This document shows positions 1-9,441 of a DNA stretch of 58,459 nucleotides, piece after piece. A program made the position numbers and the translations under genes. The stretch's first letter is position 1. The number at the start of each line of letters is the position of its first letter. The DNA is from a virus (Duplodnaviria; Caudoviricetes): the IMG/VR virus record IMGVR_UViG_3300030012_001987, positions 1 through 58,459 of that record; one strand, written 5' to 3'. The notes under the pieces were generated by a model. The model worked only from the letters and a program-made list of their open reading frames with translations, was not told the DNA's origin and made no database searches.

Positions 1-72
1 GGCTTCTACTTTCTTGGCCTTTTCCATATTAGAGCGACCACTGTATATTTTAATCACATCTTCCCAACTCAT
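1..72 (-). CDS. Hypothetical head-module protein, 5' part only (MSWEDVIKIYSG..., runs off the window edge)
   Basis: ATG at 72, just after the stop of the upstream ORF; begins with the shared MSWxxVIK motif. Confidence 0.6.
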   Translation of the reverse strand, partial: MSWEDVIKIYSGRSNMEKAKKVEA

Positions 73-77
73 TTCAA

Positions 78-416
78 TCACCTTGGTCTATTGCCTATTT
101 TACCGCCTAGAATTGTTTTACCTTTGACTTTATTTAACAAAAGAGAAACAACACCTAATTTATCAGCCAACTCGTCTATCTTTTGTGTTTTCATATCACT
201 AAGAGTATCATATAATTCATCTAATGATTCATCTTGACTTGCTGTAGATAAAATTCGTAGAGGTTTCATAGCAAGTGCAAGTTCATCTCTAAGATTAATC
301 ATCGCGCTTTCTCTTCTATCATCATCTTGAAACTCCATTTGTAATCTAGTTTCTTCATCACTTGCGCTTTGAGGGATATACCCCTCTCCGTATTTCACTA
401 TATCTTCCCAACTCAT
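78..416 (-). CDS. Hypothetical protein (MSWEDIVK motif)
   Basis: 112-aa ORF, ATGA-coupled to the upstream gene. Confidence 0.7.
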   Translation of the reverse strand: MSWEDIVKYGEGYIPQSASDEETRLQMEFQDDDRRESAMINLRDELALAMKPLRILSTASQDESLDELYDTLSDMKTQKIDELADKLGVVSLLLNKVKGKTILGGKIGNRPR

Positions 417-739
417 TCTAACTTCCCCTTCTTCTTTGGATAAATCTCTGCTCTCAACTGGTTGTAAAGTGTCTCGTAGTCTTTCCGTAACTCAGACGCA
501 GTAGCAACTAGGTCTAAGTTGTTCTCATCAAACTTCTCAAACTTCTTCTGCATGTTCTTGTCGTTCTTCACCAAGTCAAGACCCTTCATTGCAGTCAGCA
601 AATCGGACAACTGCGTTATCTCCTGACCCATGAACTCAGACGGTTGTGCAGACTGTAGGAGTTTCTTTATCTTCTTCTTTTCCTTTTGGTCAAGTTTCTC
701 CACTAGACCATCTGCTTTCAGGATAGTTTGCCAACTCAC
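413..739 (-). CDS. Hypothetical helical protein (MSWQTILK motif)
   Basis: 108-aa ORF, GTG start overlapping the upstream stop. Confidence 0.75.
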   Translation of the reverse strand: MSWQTILKADGLVEKLDQKEKKKIKKLLQSAQPSEFMGQEITQLSDLLTAMKGLDLVKNDKNMQKKFEKFDENNLDLVATASELRKDYETLYNQLRAEIYPKKKGKLE

Positions 740-1923
740 TCGTCTTCCTCCTCTTCATCGTACAAATCATGGGCCTCTATTATGTTTCTGAATTCTCTGT
801 GGAACTGGAATGGCCTTGGTTCCTCTATCTCCTTGAGTTCATTTACGACTCCATCGTTGATGAAATCATCCCTTCTTGTTATCTCAAACACATGCATCAG
901 GAACTCTATTGCTGTTAGGTACTTCTCGATGTTATCCTCTGTGTTCTCATCTTCTCCTTCTGCATCCAAATAGTCATCATGCATTTCCATTACGTCTTCT
1001 ATGAGTATGTATAGTGCGCTTTCCAAGTCATCGAATGATGACTCATCAAACAGAGCGGGAAATGCTTCCAGCAAGTTATCCTCTCTGATTAGATTGAATA
1101 GTTCGTCTAGGTTGTTCTCATCGAATCTGACGTATCTCTCTAGTCGGCTTCTTGATTCCTTCTTGTCGTATGGTGTCATGGCTTCCATACCCAAGAAGTT
1201 AAGCAAGTCCTCCCACACTTCCTTGGATGTCTTGCCATTGTACATCTTGTATCCTAGTTCTTCTTCCTGCATCCACTCCTTTGTCTCGTCATCGAACCTA
1301 GCGAGTCTGATTGGTCTTTCTAGGTAGACCTCACGTACAGGTTGTGCTATTCTCTCGCCTAGATACAGGAACTCGTTTATCTTGTCCTTGAACCTTGCAA
1401 ATTGCGTAGACCATTCCTTTGTGAACTTCTTCTTGTTCGGGAACTTCTCTTCCATCTCTGCTGGGCTGTTGAACTTTGACACCATTCGTAGGATTTCCTC
1501 TAGACTGTCGGCATTCAATTCCCTACTAGCGAAGGATTGTCTCTGCTCTGCTCTTCTCTTCATCTCTGTAGTGTAGTTCCTTTGTAGTTCCTCTAGGATT
1601 TCCTCTATCTCTCCTCTTGCTTGGTACTCAGGTGACATCATCTCCTCTGATGTGGATGCTGATGGCAATGCTTCAATCATCCTCAACGCTTGAGTCGCAT
1701 TAGCCATGAAACCCGGATTGTTGCTATAGTCTTCGCTTTCAGTTGCTCTTCTGTCTTCCAAAGGTGCTGGTTGAGTCAGCAGATTTGGGCCGAAGTCCTC
1801 CCCGTACCTCTCCCATGTCTCTGCCGCATCTCTCAACTCTCTAGGGGTTAGATTTCCCCTCAAGTCATATATGTCAGAATGGACTTCCTCACCCTGCTTT
1901 CTGAGGATATCCATGAATGACAT
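736..1923 (-). CDS. Acidic hypothetical protein, putative virion/internal protein
   Basis: 395-aa E/D-rich ORF; GGTGA SD upstream; starts MSFMDILRK. Confidence 0.75.
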   Translation of the reverse strand: MSFMDILRKQGEEVHSDIYDLRGNLTPRELRDAAETWERYGEDFGPNLLTQPAPLEDRRATESEDYSNNPGFMANATQALRMIEALPSASTSEEMMSPEYQARGEIEEILEELQRNYTTEMKRRAEQRQSFASRELNADSLEEILRMVSKFNSPAEMEEKFPNKKKFTKEWSTQFARFKDKINEFLYLGERIAQPVREVYLERPIRLARFDDETKEWMQEEELGYKMYNGKTSKEVWEDLLNFLGMEAMTPYDKKESRSRLERYVRFDENNLDELFNLIREDNLLEAFPALFDESSFDDLESALYILIEDVMEMHDDYLDAEGEDENTEDNIEKYLTAIEFLMHVFEITRRDDFINDGVVNELKEIEEPRPFQFHREFRNIIEAHDLYDEEEEDE

Positions 1924-1927
1924 CCAA

Positions 1928-2152
1928 TCACCATGGTATGTTTTCTTTCTTCAACTGCTTCTTCTTGGGTAGGAGAATAGCATCAGGGATATCAGCGGAG
2001 TTGGGTAGTGGCTTTGACTTCGTATTTGGGTCAATGCCTCCTATTGAGAAATCACGGTTCTTCGTGATTCTGCTCTCATGTTCCCTTCTTTCCTCGTTCC
2101 TTGCCGCTTTCAATTCTCTTTCCAATTGTCTTACGCCTTTCTTTTCACTCAT
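1928..2152 (-). CDS. Small basic hypothetical protein
   Basis: ORF track 1928..2161; the ATG at 2152 overlaps the end of the 41-aa upstream ORF. Confidence 0.6.
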   Translation of the reverse strand: MSEKKGVRQLERELKAARNEERREHESRITKNRDFSIGGIDPNTKSKPLPNSADIPDAILLPKKKQLKKENIPW

Positions 2153-2270
2153 CTTTGTCACCTTTCTTGTCTTTCACTGCATCCTTCATTGGCTCTTCCT
2201 TATCGCCATCCCCATCGATGTCAATAAAGTCGGGCTTTGCATTTTTCTTCAATATTTCTTGCCATTCCAT
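2145..2270 (-). CDS. 41-aa protein with WxxILK motif and DxDxDG (EF-hand-like) loop
   Basis: Manual translation MEWQEILKKNAKPDFIDIDGDGDKEEPMKDAVKDKKGDKDE; GGAGG upstream. Confidence 0.65.
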   Translation of the reverse strand: MEWQEILKKNAKPDFIDIDGDGDKEEPMKDAVKDKKGDKDE

Positions 2271-2371
2271 ATTCCTTCCTCCACAAATAATCTAATTCTC
2301 TCGTCTGTCTCCGCATTCAATTTGTCAATCTCTTCTTTCCATTTCCTTGCTATCTCAAGCAGTCTGCTCAA
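2249..2371 (-). CDS. 40-aa hypothetical protein
   Basis: TTG start overlapping the portal stop; fills the gap in the operon. Confidence 0.4.
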   Translation of the reverse strand: MSRLLEIARKWKEEIDKLNAETDERIRLFVEEGIWNGKKY

Positions 2372-4005
2372 CCAACCCGCCTCTCACTACGCCTATCGAC
2401 ATTTTCATTCCCTGCTTCTCTTGGCAAACCGCTGAATCTCTTATCGGGACCAACACTCATGCTCGGTTTGTTCCTTCCTTTCACAGTAGCGGGTTTACCT
2501 GCTTCTTCGGCAGTTGGCCTAGTTCCGGCCTCCATCATCTGACCTAGTTGTGACTGGTCGATGTTGGTTCCAGCATACGGGTCTAATTCGATTTCATCTT
2601 CTTGTTGTTGGTCTTCTGGTTGTGGTGGCTTGACGTAAGTGAATCTTCCTTCGTCATCCATATTGACTTCAAATCCGAGGTTCTTGATAGCCGCCGCGAC
2701 GTTCACCTCAATCTCCCTCTTCCTCAGTTTGGCAATCTCATCCTCTTCCTCTGATGGTGGCAGTTTCAACTCCCAATCACTGATACCGAACTCTGCTGTC
2801 ATAAATGGGAACACGTAATCGTTCCAAATCGTCTGTGCCATCTCGACTGCTCTATTGGTTACGAGTATCTGCATACCCTCGTTGTTCAATCCACCACTAG
2901 CAGAGTTGTCTGCCATGAATACCTTGCTGACTCCATAGAATCCTGATATCCTGTCTCTCAAGTCATCCTTGACAGACATGTAATCCATCTCTTTCAGGCT
3001 ATCCATGAACTTCACCCACTCGACGGAACCCTTGCCGCCTTCCGCTTCGATTCCCATCACAGGGATGAAGTGCGGGTCTTTCTCCATCTTCTCCTTGACG
3101 CTTCGCCAAAATGACCTCATCGAATCTATGTTTCTAGTCTGAACTGCTAGTAGACCCTTTGGCATTCTAGCCTTGGTATATGATGAGTTGACGTAGTTCT
3201 CCATTGCTATCAGAGTCGTAACGTGATTCCATAGCGTTATGATTGGTGACAGTCCATACATCCTACCGGGCGAGTATTTGCTGAAATGCAAAACCTCTCC
3301 CTTTGTGAAATACTGTTCTTCTCCCTTGACTCTATTTACATAGTGAACAGGGTGCAGTTCCGAGTTGCATTCTTCACAAAGGGCAGTGGGGTTTGTTTCT
3401 ATCCTGTCCCTGTGCTTGACGCAGATGTATCCACCCTTTCCTCTCTCACCCATGTCGTTAGAGTAGATGTGCATCGTAACGGGGTCACCACGATAGACCT
3501 CTTTTATTCGATGCATACGAATCTCGTTATTGTTATCCATGAAGTACTCCTTCACTAGGACAAGATAGGCATCATCCATGATATTCAGGTCATCCTCTAG
3601 TTCCTTCAATACGTCTATGAACATCTGCTCTGATTTGTTGACATAACCATCTAGGAATTTCTGAGCATACTTCAACTGGTCAGGGTTCGGCTTCTCTAAG
3701 TTCATCGAGCCACACTCTGCACATTGTTCAACAGGCGATTGATGTTCCTTCCCACAATCAGTGCATTTCTTGACGAACTTCTCCTCCCATAGGTATCCTC
3801 TTCTGAATATCTCCTGCTTGAGTTGAGTAGTGCAAGTCCTGACTATCACCGACTGCTGTGCTATGTGGTATATCACAGGAGATGTGAGTAGATATGATGT
3901 GTCCTTCTCCTGAATCCCCGGATTGTATATTGTCCTGTCTGCTGGTTTTGGAGTCGTCCTACGAAATAGGTTTCCTATTCTGAATCTTCTCTTCTCATCT
4001 GCCAT
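2368..4005 (-). CDS. Portal protein with zinc-ribbon insertions
   Basis: 545 aa, downstream of TerL; portal-like segments (YGLSPI, ISGFYGVSKVFM); CxxC pairs inserted. Confidence 0.85.
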   Translation of the reverse strand: MADEKRRFRIGNLFRRTTPKPADRTIYNPGIQEKDTSYLLTSPVIYHIAQQSVIVRTCTTQLKQEIFRRGYLWEEKFVKKCTDCGKEHQSPVEQCAECGSMNLEKPNPDQLKYAQKFLDGYVNKSEQMFIDVLKELEDDLNIMDDAYLVLVKEYFMDNNNEIRMHRIKEVYRGDPVTMHIYSNDMGERGKGGYICVKHRDRIETNPTALCEECNSELHPVHYVNRVKGEEQYFTKGEVLHFSKYSPGRMYGLSPIITLWNHVTTLIAMENYVNSSYTKARMPKGLLAVQTRNIDSMRSFWRSVKEKMEKDPHFIPVMGIEAEGGKGSVEWVKFMDSLKEMDYMSVKDDLRDRISGFYGVSKVFMADNSASGGLNNEGMQILVTNRAVEMAQTIWNDYVFPFMTAEFGISDWELKLPPSEEEDEIAKLRKREIEVNVAAAIKNLGFEVNMDDEGRFTYVKPPQPEDQQQEDEIELDPYAGTNIDQSQLGQMMEAGTRPTAEEAGKPATVKGRNKPSMSVGPDKRFSGLPREAGNENVDRRSERRVG

Positions 4006-4006
4006 A

Positions 4007-5350
4007 CTATGCCTCCGTCTTTATGACTCCCTCGATGACATCCATCTCTGCCATCTTAGAGTTCTCATGGAACTTGGATACTGTGTCTATGTCTATGCCA
4101 TATTTGATGAAGTCATAGTTGGCATTGTCCTTGTGGTTCTCATACTTCATCAGTTGGAACAACTCCTGTCTTCGGGGTTTGTACCACTCGGCCTTCTTGT
4201 GAGACTTCTTCATTCTAAGCAGTTCCAATAGTATGTCTGCGTTTGCCCCTTTCATTTTCAAGAAGGGTCTGCACTTTGTAAGAATCTCATTCACATCCGC
4301 CGCTGAGTAGAAGTTCAGTCTGTTGACAGGCTTGGTGTCCTGTGGTGATTTCTGGTCTAGATGTAATCTTCCACACCCAAGGGATTTGTGCATCTCCATC
4401 ATAAACGCCTTACCTCTGTCCCCTGTTGCGACTAGACCGACTCTTGGATTAAAGTTTTTATCCATTGTAATATATCCATCAGAGTCTATGAAAGCGGCAG
4501 TGTATGCATAGATGTCCTTTTTTATGTCATCACTGAACTTGTAGAAAGCACCATCCACTGTGGTAATGTTCTGAGTCCTAGCCATCTTTGAGATTATGCT
4601 GGGTGATGTCTTCTTGAACAGATTCTTCGGAAGCCTCTCATGTATCTGTCTAGCCGATATTCCCGGCTCCTCACAAACAGCATGGAGTATTTCCTGCTTG
4701 ATTACATCCTTCGGGCTGATACTAGGCATGTGTTCCTTGATTATCTTCTTGAACTCCTTCTTGCTATTGGTCATCTCCTTGGTCAAGGAGGAGTAGTCCG
4801 AGTTGTATGGCATCTCTGCTCTATCGAGCCTAGCCTCCCAATACTTGCAGAGGGAGTCAATGGCATCTCTCCTAGTGTTCTCGTCATGTATGTATGAGAG
4901 TTTGATTAGTTGCTCCTCGGAGCAAACCATCTCCTTGACGACGGGCTTGTACTTGGAAATCCAGTATATCCTGTCTATCGTGTTGTCCAAGTGTGATGCG
5001 TATCCCTTGATTAGGTTGTCAATCGATTTCGTGATTGCTATCTTCTGCTCTCCTTTCAGGGTTCTCCGATAGTCCTTGAGTTCCTTGATGAGAGATGGGA
5101 TGTCCTTGCCCTCTACCTCGTACTTCTTGAAATCGTCATTGAGTTGCTTCTTGGCATCCGATAATGAGATGTTGTGTTCTACTGCGAACTTCTTCTCGAT
5201 GTCGAAGTGGTTTGTGGTGTTCTGCTCTGACAACCAAGACCTCTTGAGTTCATCAGACAGTCGCTTCTGCTCTTCGACTAGCGTTTCTTCCTCATCGGCA
5301 AGAGAGGCCATCTCCCTGAGTTTGTCTCCCTTTTCTCCCATTGCATTCAC
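4007..5350 (-). CDS. Helical + winged-HTH + LAGLIDADG endonuclease-domain protein
   Basis: YTAAFIDSDG LAGLIDADG motif and LGCGRL; HTH-like EEPGISARQIHERL. Confidence 0.75.
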   Translation of the reverse strand: MNAMGEKGDKLREMASLADEEETLVEEQKRLSDELKRSWLSEQNTTNHFDIEKKFAVEHNISLSDAKKQLNDDFKKYEVEGKDIPSLIKELKDYRRTLKGEQKIAITKSIDNLIKGYASHLDNTIDRIYWISKYKPVVKEMVCSEEQLIKLSYIHDENTRRDAIDSLCKYWEARLDRAEMPYNSDYSSLTKEMTNSKKEFKKIIKEHMPSISPKDVIKQEILHAVCEEPGISARQIHERLPKNLFKKTSPSIISKMARTQNITTVDGAFYKFSDDIKKDIYAYTAAFIDSDGYITMDKNFNPRVGLVATGDRGKAFMMEMHKSLGCGRLHLDQKSPQDTKPVNRLNFYSAADVNEILTKCRPFLKMKGANADILLELLRMKKSHKKAEWYKPRRQELFQLMKYENHKDNANYDFIKYGIDIDTVSKFHENSKMAEMDVIEGVIKTEA

Positions 5351-6793
5351 CTACAGATTCAGTCCCAAAATACCCGGTGGTATTGCACTACCAGCAGGTC
5401 TAGTTGGAGTTGTATCGAACAAGTCCATGTCGTCTAGTAGAATAAAGTTCTCCCCCGGAGATTGGGTGGCGGCATTGGCTAGAGCGAGGCTCATAACCAA
5501 GTCGTCATGCGCACCAACTCCCTCAAACCTACCAGAGTCAGTGATGCTGAACATGGAAAGTTCCTCAATCAAGAGGTTAGTCAACCTTCTGCTGGAATTG
5601 TCGCCATAGGGAAAGTTGAATTTTCCATTCTCTATGTTCATTTGCAGGTTCAGAATTATCTCCTGCTTCTTCTTCCTCGTAGTGTCGAAGTCCTTGATGT
5701 TCAAATCAGAGATGCTTCTCAACTCCTGTGTGAATGCCTTAGCGAAGGTGTTGGTCTCATACAGCACCACCTCTGGTTGGAATATCTTTCCTATCAGTCT
5801 AATCTTCTCGATGTTCTCTCTGAACTCAACGTTCTTGGCTCGGTCAACATGCACAATTGTCTTGTTAGCCTCATCATCCACCTCAAGCACAGTGATTACG
5901 TTGTAGTCACCATCAGTCGAGATAGCGGGGTCAACTCCGACGTAATACTTGAATCCCTTATCTCTCCTATTGCCTAGTTTCAGAACATACTCCTTGTTCT
6001 TGCAGTTCTCGATGAACTCAGGATTGAACAGAGAAGTGCCTGTTGATATCGGTACGCATAGGTATTCCCTTGTGAACTTGAGAGAACCTATCTCAGCCTT
6101 TCTCTGCATGAGTGCATCATGGTCCCAACGCTCAGGCCAAAGTGGTTCATTCAGTGAGTTGAGACATGGGTACTTGGTGACTGTATACGCTTGGTTCTCC
6201 TCCAATTGGGAGAAGATGTCGGTATATGTAAATGGAGTGCCAATCATACGGAGGTTGGATGTGTGGTGAAGCGTCGGTATCATGTCACCGAAGAACCAAT
6301 CAGTCACTCGCTGTATGGCGGCTAGGCTGAACTCCTTCAACGGGTCGTCAATGATAATCTCCTGCGGGTGAAGACCACGAATCTGAGAGCCAACTGACCT
6401 CTCAAGTATGGCATTGCCATTCGTGAGTTGTATGTTGCCGATAGCCCAGTTGCGTGATGGCCGGAACTTCTTGAGTGCTGGGTGATTGAAGTATCTGTCA
6501 ATCTCCCTCATGTGAACTAGGGTCTGCTTCTGGTTCGATGAGATGTATAGCATCTGATATGGCGGCTCTTGGAATACCAGATTCCATACCACCCAGCAAT
6601 GCATGAACACGGACTTGCCGTGGTCACGACTACAGATGATGACAGTCCTATCCGTGTTCTGCATGGACTCCAACCACTCTTCCATGTATGGTGGGAACAT
6701 CATGCCGAGTACGTTCTGGAAGAAGTAAGGGAAGGATGTCTTCGACAATTCCATGTCCATAGCCGACACGAAGTCCATGTCATCTAGTTCCAC
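5351..6793 (-). CDS. terL: Terminase large subunit
   Basis: Walker A SRDHGKS, Walker B IIIDD, GTP coupling motif, RNase H-like YVGVDPA and HDDLVMSLALA. Confidence 0.93.
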   Translation of the reverse strand: MELDDMDFVSAMDMELSKTSFPYFFQNVLGMMFPPYMEEWLESMQNTDRTVIICSRDHGKSVFMHCWVVWNLVFQEPPYQMLYISSNQKQTLVHMREIDRYFNHPALKKFRPSRNWAIGNIQLTNGNAILERSVGSQIRGLHPQEIIIDDPLKEFSLAAIQRVTDWFFGDMIPTLHHTSNLRMIGTPFTYTDIFSQLEENQAYTVTKYPCLNSLNEPLWPERWDHDALMQRKAEIGSLKFTREYLCVPISTGTSLFNPEFIENCKNKEYVLKLGNRRDKGFKYYVGVDPAISTDGDYNVITVLEVDDEANKTIVHVDRAKNVEFRENIEKIRLIGKIFQPEVVLYETNTFAKAFTQELRSISDLNIKDFDTTRKKKQEIILNLQMNIENGKFNFPYGDNSSRRLTNLLIEELSMFSITDSGRFEGVGAHDDLVMSLALANAATQSPGENFILLDDMDLFDTTPTRPAGSAIPPGILGLNL

Positions 6794-7653
6794 TATATTC
6801 TCCCCCTAGTGCGACCTAACAACGAAGTTATCTGTTCTACTCTTTGTTCCTTTTTTGCTATTCTTCTGTTTATTTGTCGGATAGTCATTGATATTCTATT
6901 CTTATCCTTCTGCCTTTTCACCTTTCTAAGACCACCAAACTGTCTGTCTACTTCTCTTGTGAGTTCCTGTATCTCTTTACCCAATTTGGTTTGTTCTTGT
7001 ATGAGTTCCTGTCTCCTCTCTGGTGTCATTCTGAATGCCTTTATCCTCTCCTTATCATTATCCCAAAGTGGTTTGAATGTTGGATTCATCGGATGTTCGA
7101 CTATGTTACTAGTGGGATATACACTATCAAAGGCAATAACACTAGATTCGTTATCGAGTCTTTCTGGTGTCAAACCCGTTTTAGTTTTCTCATATGTGTC
7201 TTTTATTTTCTTCTTTCTATATGTTACAGAGTAAGTATCATCGTCGGCATCTGCGAATGAATAGTAAATGCCACTACCCAATGCTCCTATTTTGTCCACT
7301 ATCTCTGCTAGGTTTCCATTTACCTTCATGCCAGCCAATTTGGGATTCTTTGCTTGGTACTCAAAATGCGGTCTAGTTGTAGCGGTGTTCTTTAGATTGT
7401 AAAAATAATCTGTTATTCTACCTGATGGTTCACTATCATCATAGTCATAGAGTCTATTTTCGTTCCCAACATTTTGATGCTTATCTCCGCCTAAGTCTTC
7501 TCCACCTAGTTTTAGAACATTGAACCAACTCATAGATTTCTTGTATCCAGATGCGTAAGCGGCGGCGGCTTGTCTTTCAGCATCTTTGCGATTTCTGTAG
7601 ACCTTTCCTTTGCTACCCCACTTGTAGCCGCCCTTGACTCTACGGATTGGTAT
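6793..7653 (-). CDS. Modular head-module protein: basic PIRRVKGGYKWG module + MSWFNVLK-led domain
   Basis: ORF track 6793..7869 overlaps the upstream gene; likely start ATA at 7653 (after GAGGAGG) or ATG at 7533. Confidence 0.6.
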   Translation of the reverse strand: MPIRRVKGGYKWGSKGKVYRNRKDAERQAAAAYASGYKKSMSWFNVLKLGGEDLGGDKHQNVGNENRLYDYDDSEPSGRITDYFYNLKNTATTRPHFEYQAKNPKLAGMKVNGNLAEIVDKIGALGSGIYYSFADADDDTYSVTYRKKKIKDTYEKTKTGLTPERLDNESSVIAFDSVYPTSNIVEHPMNPTFKPLWDNDKERIKAFRMTPERRQELIQEQTKLGKEIQELTREVDRQFGGLRKVKRQKDKNRISMTIRQINRRIAKKEQRVEQITSLLGRTRGRI

Positions 7654-7654
7654 T

Positions 7655-8644
7655 CTAACCCCTCCTCTTGAACCAACCGTGAAGTCCCTCGTCTTTCTCT
7701 CTGCTGAACGTGCCAGCCTTTCTTCTCTTTGGTTTTCCTCTCTTTCCCGCTCTTCTCTTGTAATCCTTGCAAGCAGAGCAAGTCGGTCTGCATCTTCTCT
7801 TCTGTCCCTTGGATGCATCTTTCCTACCACAAGGTTCGGTTCCGGGCTTATCGTCGGTGCAAGACGCACAACTAACCCAATCCTTGGCTATTATCTCCTG
7901 CCAACTCTTACTGACCTTATCAGAATCTAGATACGCATCAGCAATCAACGCACCGACTTTCTTGCCAGTCTCGACATCACTTGGGAAGTGATTGCCCATC
8001 TGTATCCTTGACATGGATATCTTCTCTGCCATCTTGTTGAGTTCCTCCTGCTTGTCAGGGTACTCCTTTCCTAGTATCTTGGCAAGGGCATATGACTCCG
8101 TTGCATGTCCACTTGGAAATGACGGGGTGTCATCTGTGCTAGTCACGGATTCTATCTCATCTGATATCTCATATGGTCTAGGTCTTCCGTACTTCATCTT
8201 GAGTTTGATTATGTGGATGTCAATGTCCTCGATTAGTTTCTTCCTATCTTCCATCTTTTCCCCGACTATGTTCAACATCATCTCATGGTTGTTCATGTCT
8301 AGGTCTTCTATCTCACTCTCATCGATTTTCTTATCTTTCATAACCTTGAGGACTTTAGGTAGTTCCTCCTCGTTAGATGGGTGTGAGTACTCAGGGAATG
8401 TAACGTCGAAACTAGGAGTCTTTTCCAGAAGTTTCTGCTTGTCATCAGGTAGCCTATCGACCCACTTTGACTCGGCTTTGGTCAATGCTTTTTTTTTTGA
8501 GTTGCCCCAATTAGCCGCGCCTACTTTACGGCACTGCACTAAAGCACCTGACGCGTATGCAGAAGGCCATTTGGTGTATCGGCTTCTGACCTTGCGATAG
8601 CAAGCGTCTTTCTTCTTCTTCAAGTCTTCAAACCAGAGTTCCAT
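7655..8644 (-). CDS. Modular protein with PAP2-family phosphatase domain between Cys/basic modules
   Basis: PAP2 motifs KMKYGRPRP, PSFPSGH, SRIQMGNHFPSD; ATG 8644 with GGTGA SD. Confidence 0.8.
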   Translation of the reverse strand: MELWFEDLKKKKDACYRKVRSRYTKWPSAYASGALVQCRKVGAANWGNSKKKALTKAESKWVDRLPDDKQKLLEKTPSFDVTFPEYSHPSNEEELPKVLKVMKDKKIDESEIEDLDMNNHEMMLNIVGEKMEDRKKLIEDIDIHIIKLKMKYGRPRPYEISDEIESVTSTDDTPSFPSGHATESYALAKILGKEYPDKQEELNKMAEKISMSRIQMGNHFPSDVETGKKVGALIADAYLDSDKVSKSWQEIIAKDWVSCASCTDDKPGTEPCGRKDASKGQKRRCRPTCSACKDYKRRAGKRGKPKRRKAGTFSREKDEGLHGWFKRRG

Positions 8645-8648
8645 GCTA

Positions 8649-9437
8649 TCACCAATCCCTGCAAGCCATGCATCTAGGGGAGTTGTCACCGCCCTTGCAA
8701 GTGGAACACTTGTGTCTAGCCCTAAATGATTTTCTCCTTTTGCCTGACCTCTTACCTGATACGGTTACTCCCCTCTGTCCCCAATGAACTCGCTTGTATC
8801 CTCCACCGGGTTTGCTGACACACTTCATCCACTTCTTGCCTTTGGCAGTTGAACTGGTCTTCTTCGTTGGCCCCTTGCATTGTGCTTTGACGAGAGCGAA
8901 CCACTGTACACTAGGTTTGTAGAATAGTTTCCTGATTGCGGTTGTCGAACTTCCCTCATTCTCCAACATCGTGAAGACCTCCCTTATGTCGTCGGGGATG
9001 TCATCTTGGTCAATGACTTTGTTGTTTGAGTCAAATTGTATGGGGTTGAATCCCTGTCTCTCAAACACAGGGACACCTGCTGGCTTTGCCGCTCCAACTA
9101 TTGGTCTGTTGCTGTGCATGTCAATGACTTTGTTAGATATCCAACTACCAGCACCCCTTGTCTCTTCCTTGCTGAGACCAGATTCTTTCGCATGACTCTT
9201 CAAGCCAGTCAAGAGATAGATGTTCTTGTATGGTGCGATTCCTTGAACTGCAATTGGCTTACCATCTTCCACTGTTGGATAGTATGCGATGTAATACTTG
9301 GGGTCTACTTTACCAAATGGAGTATTGGTAAGCATCTGGTATCTCTCTGCTCTTGTTTGGTAATCTATGCCATGCTCTGCAAAACGTGCTTTGACCTCAT
9401 CTTCCGACAATGGAGGTGAAATCTGAAACTCTGCCAT
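8649..9437 (-). CDS. Modular protein: possible GNAT-like N-domain + basic Cys-rich C-module (RRKSFRARHKC)
   Basis: ETRGAGSWI and VFERQGF resemble GNAT motifs A/B; WFALVK lies at the domain boundary. Confidence 0.6.
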   Translation of the reverse strand: MAEFQISPPLSEDEVKARFAEHGIDYQTRAERYQMLTNTPFGKVDPKYYIAYYPTVEDGKPIAVQGIAPYKNIYLLTGLKSHAKESGLSKEETRGAGSWISNKVIDMHSNRPIVGAAKPAGVPVFERQGFNPIQFDSNNKVIDQDDIPDDIREVFTMLENEGSSTTAIRKLFYKPSVQWFALVKAQCKGPTKKTSSTAKGKKWMKCVSKPGGGYKRVHWGQRGVTVSGKRSGKRRKSFRARHKCSTCKGGDNSPRCMACRDW

Positions 9438-9441
9438 CTAA

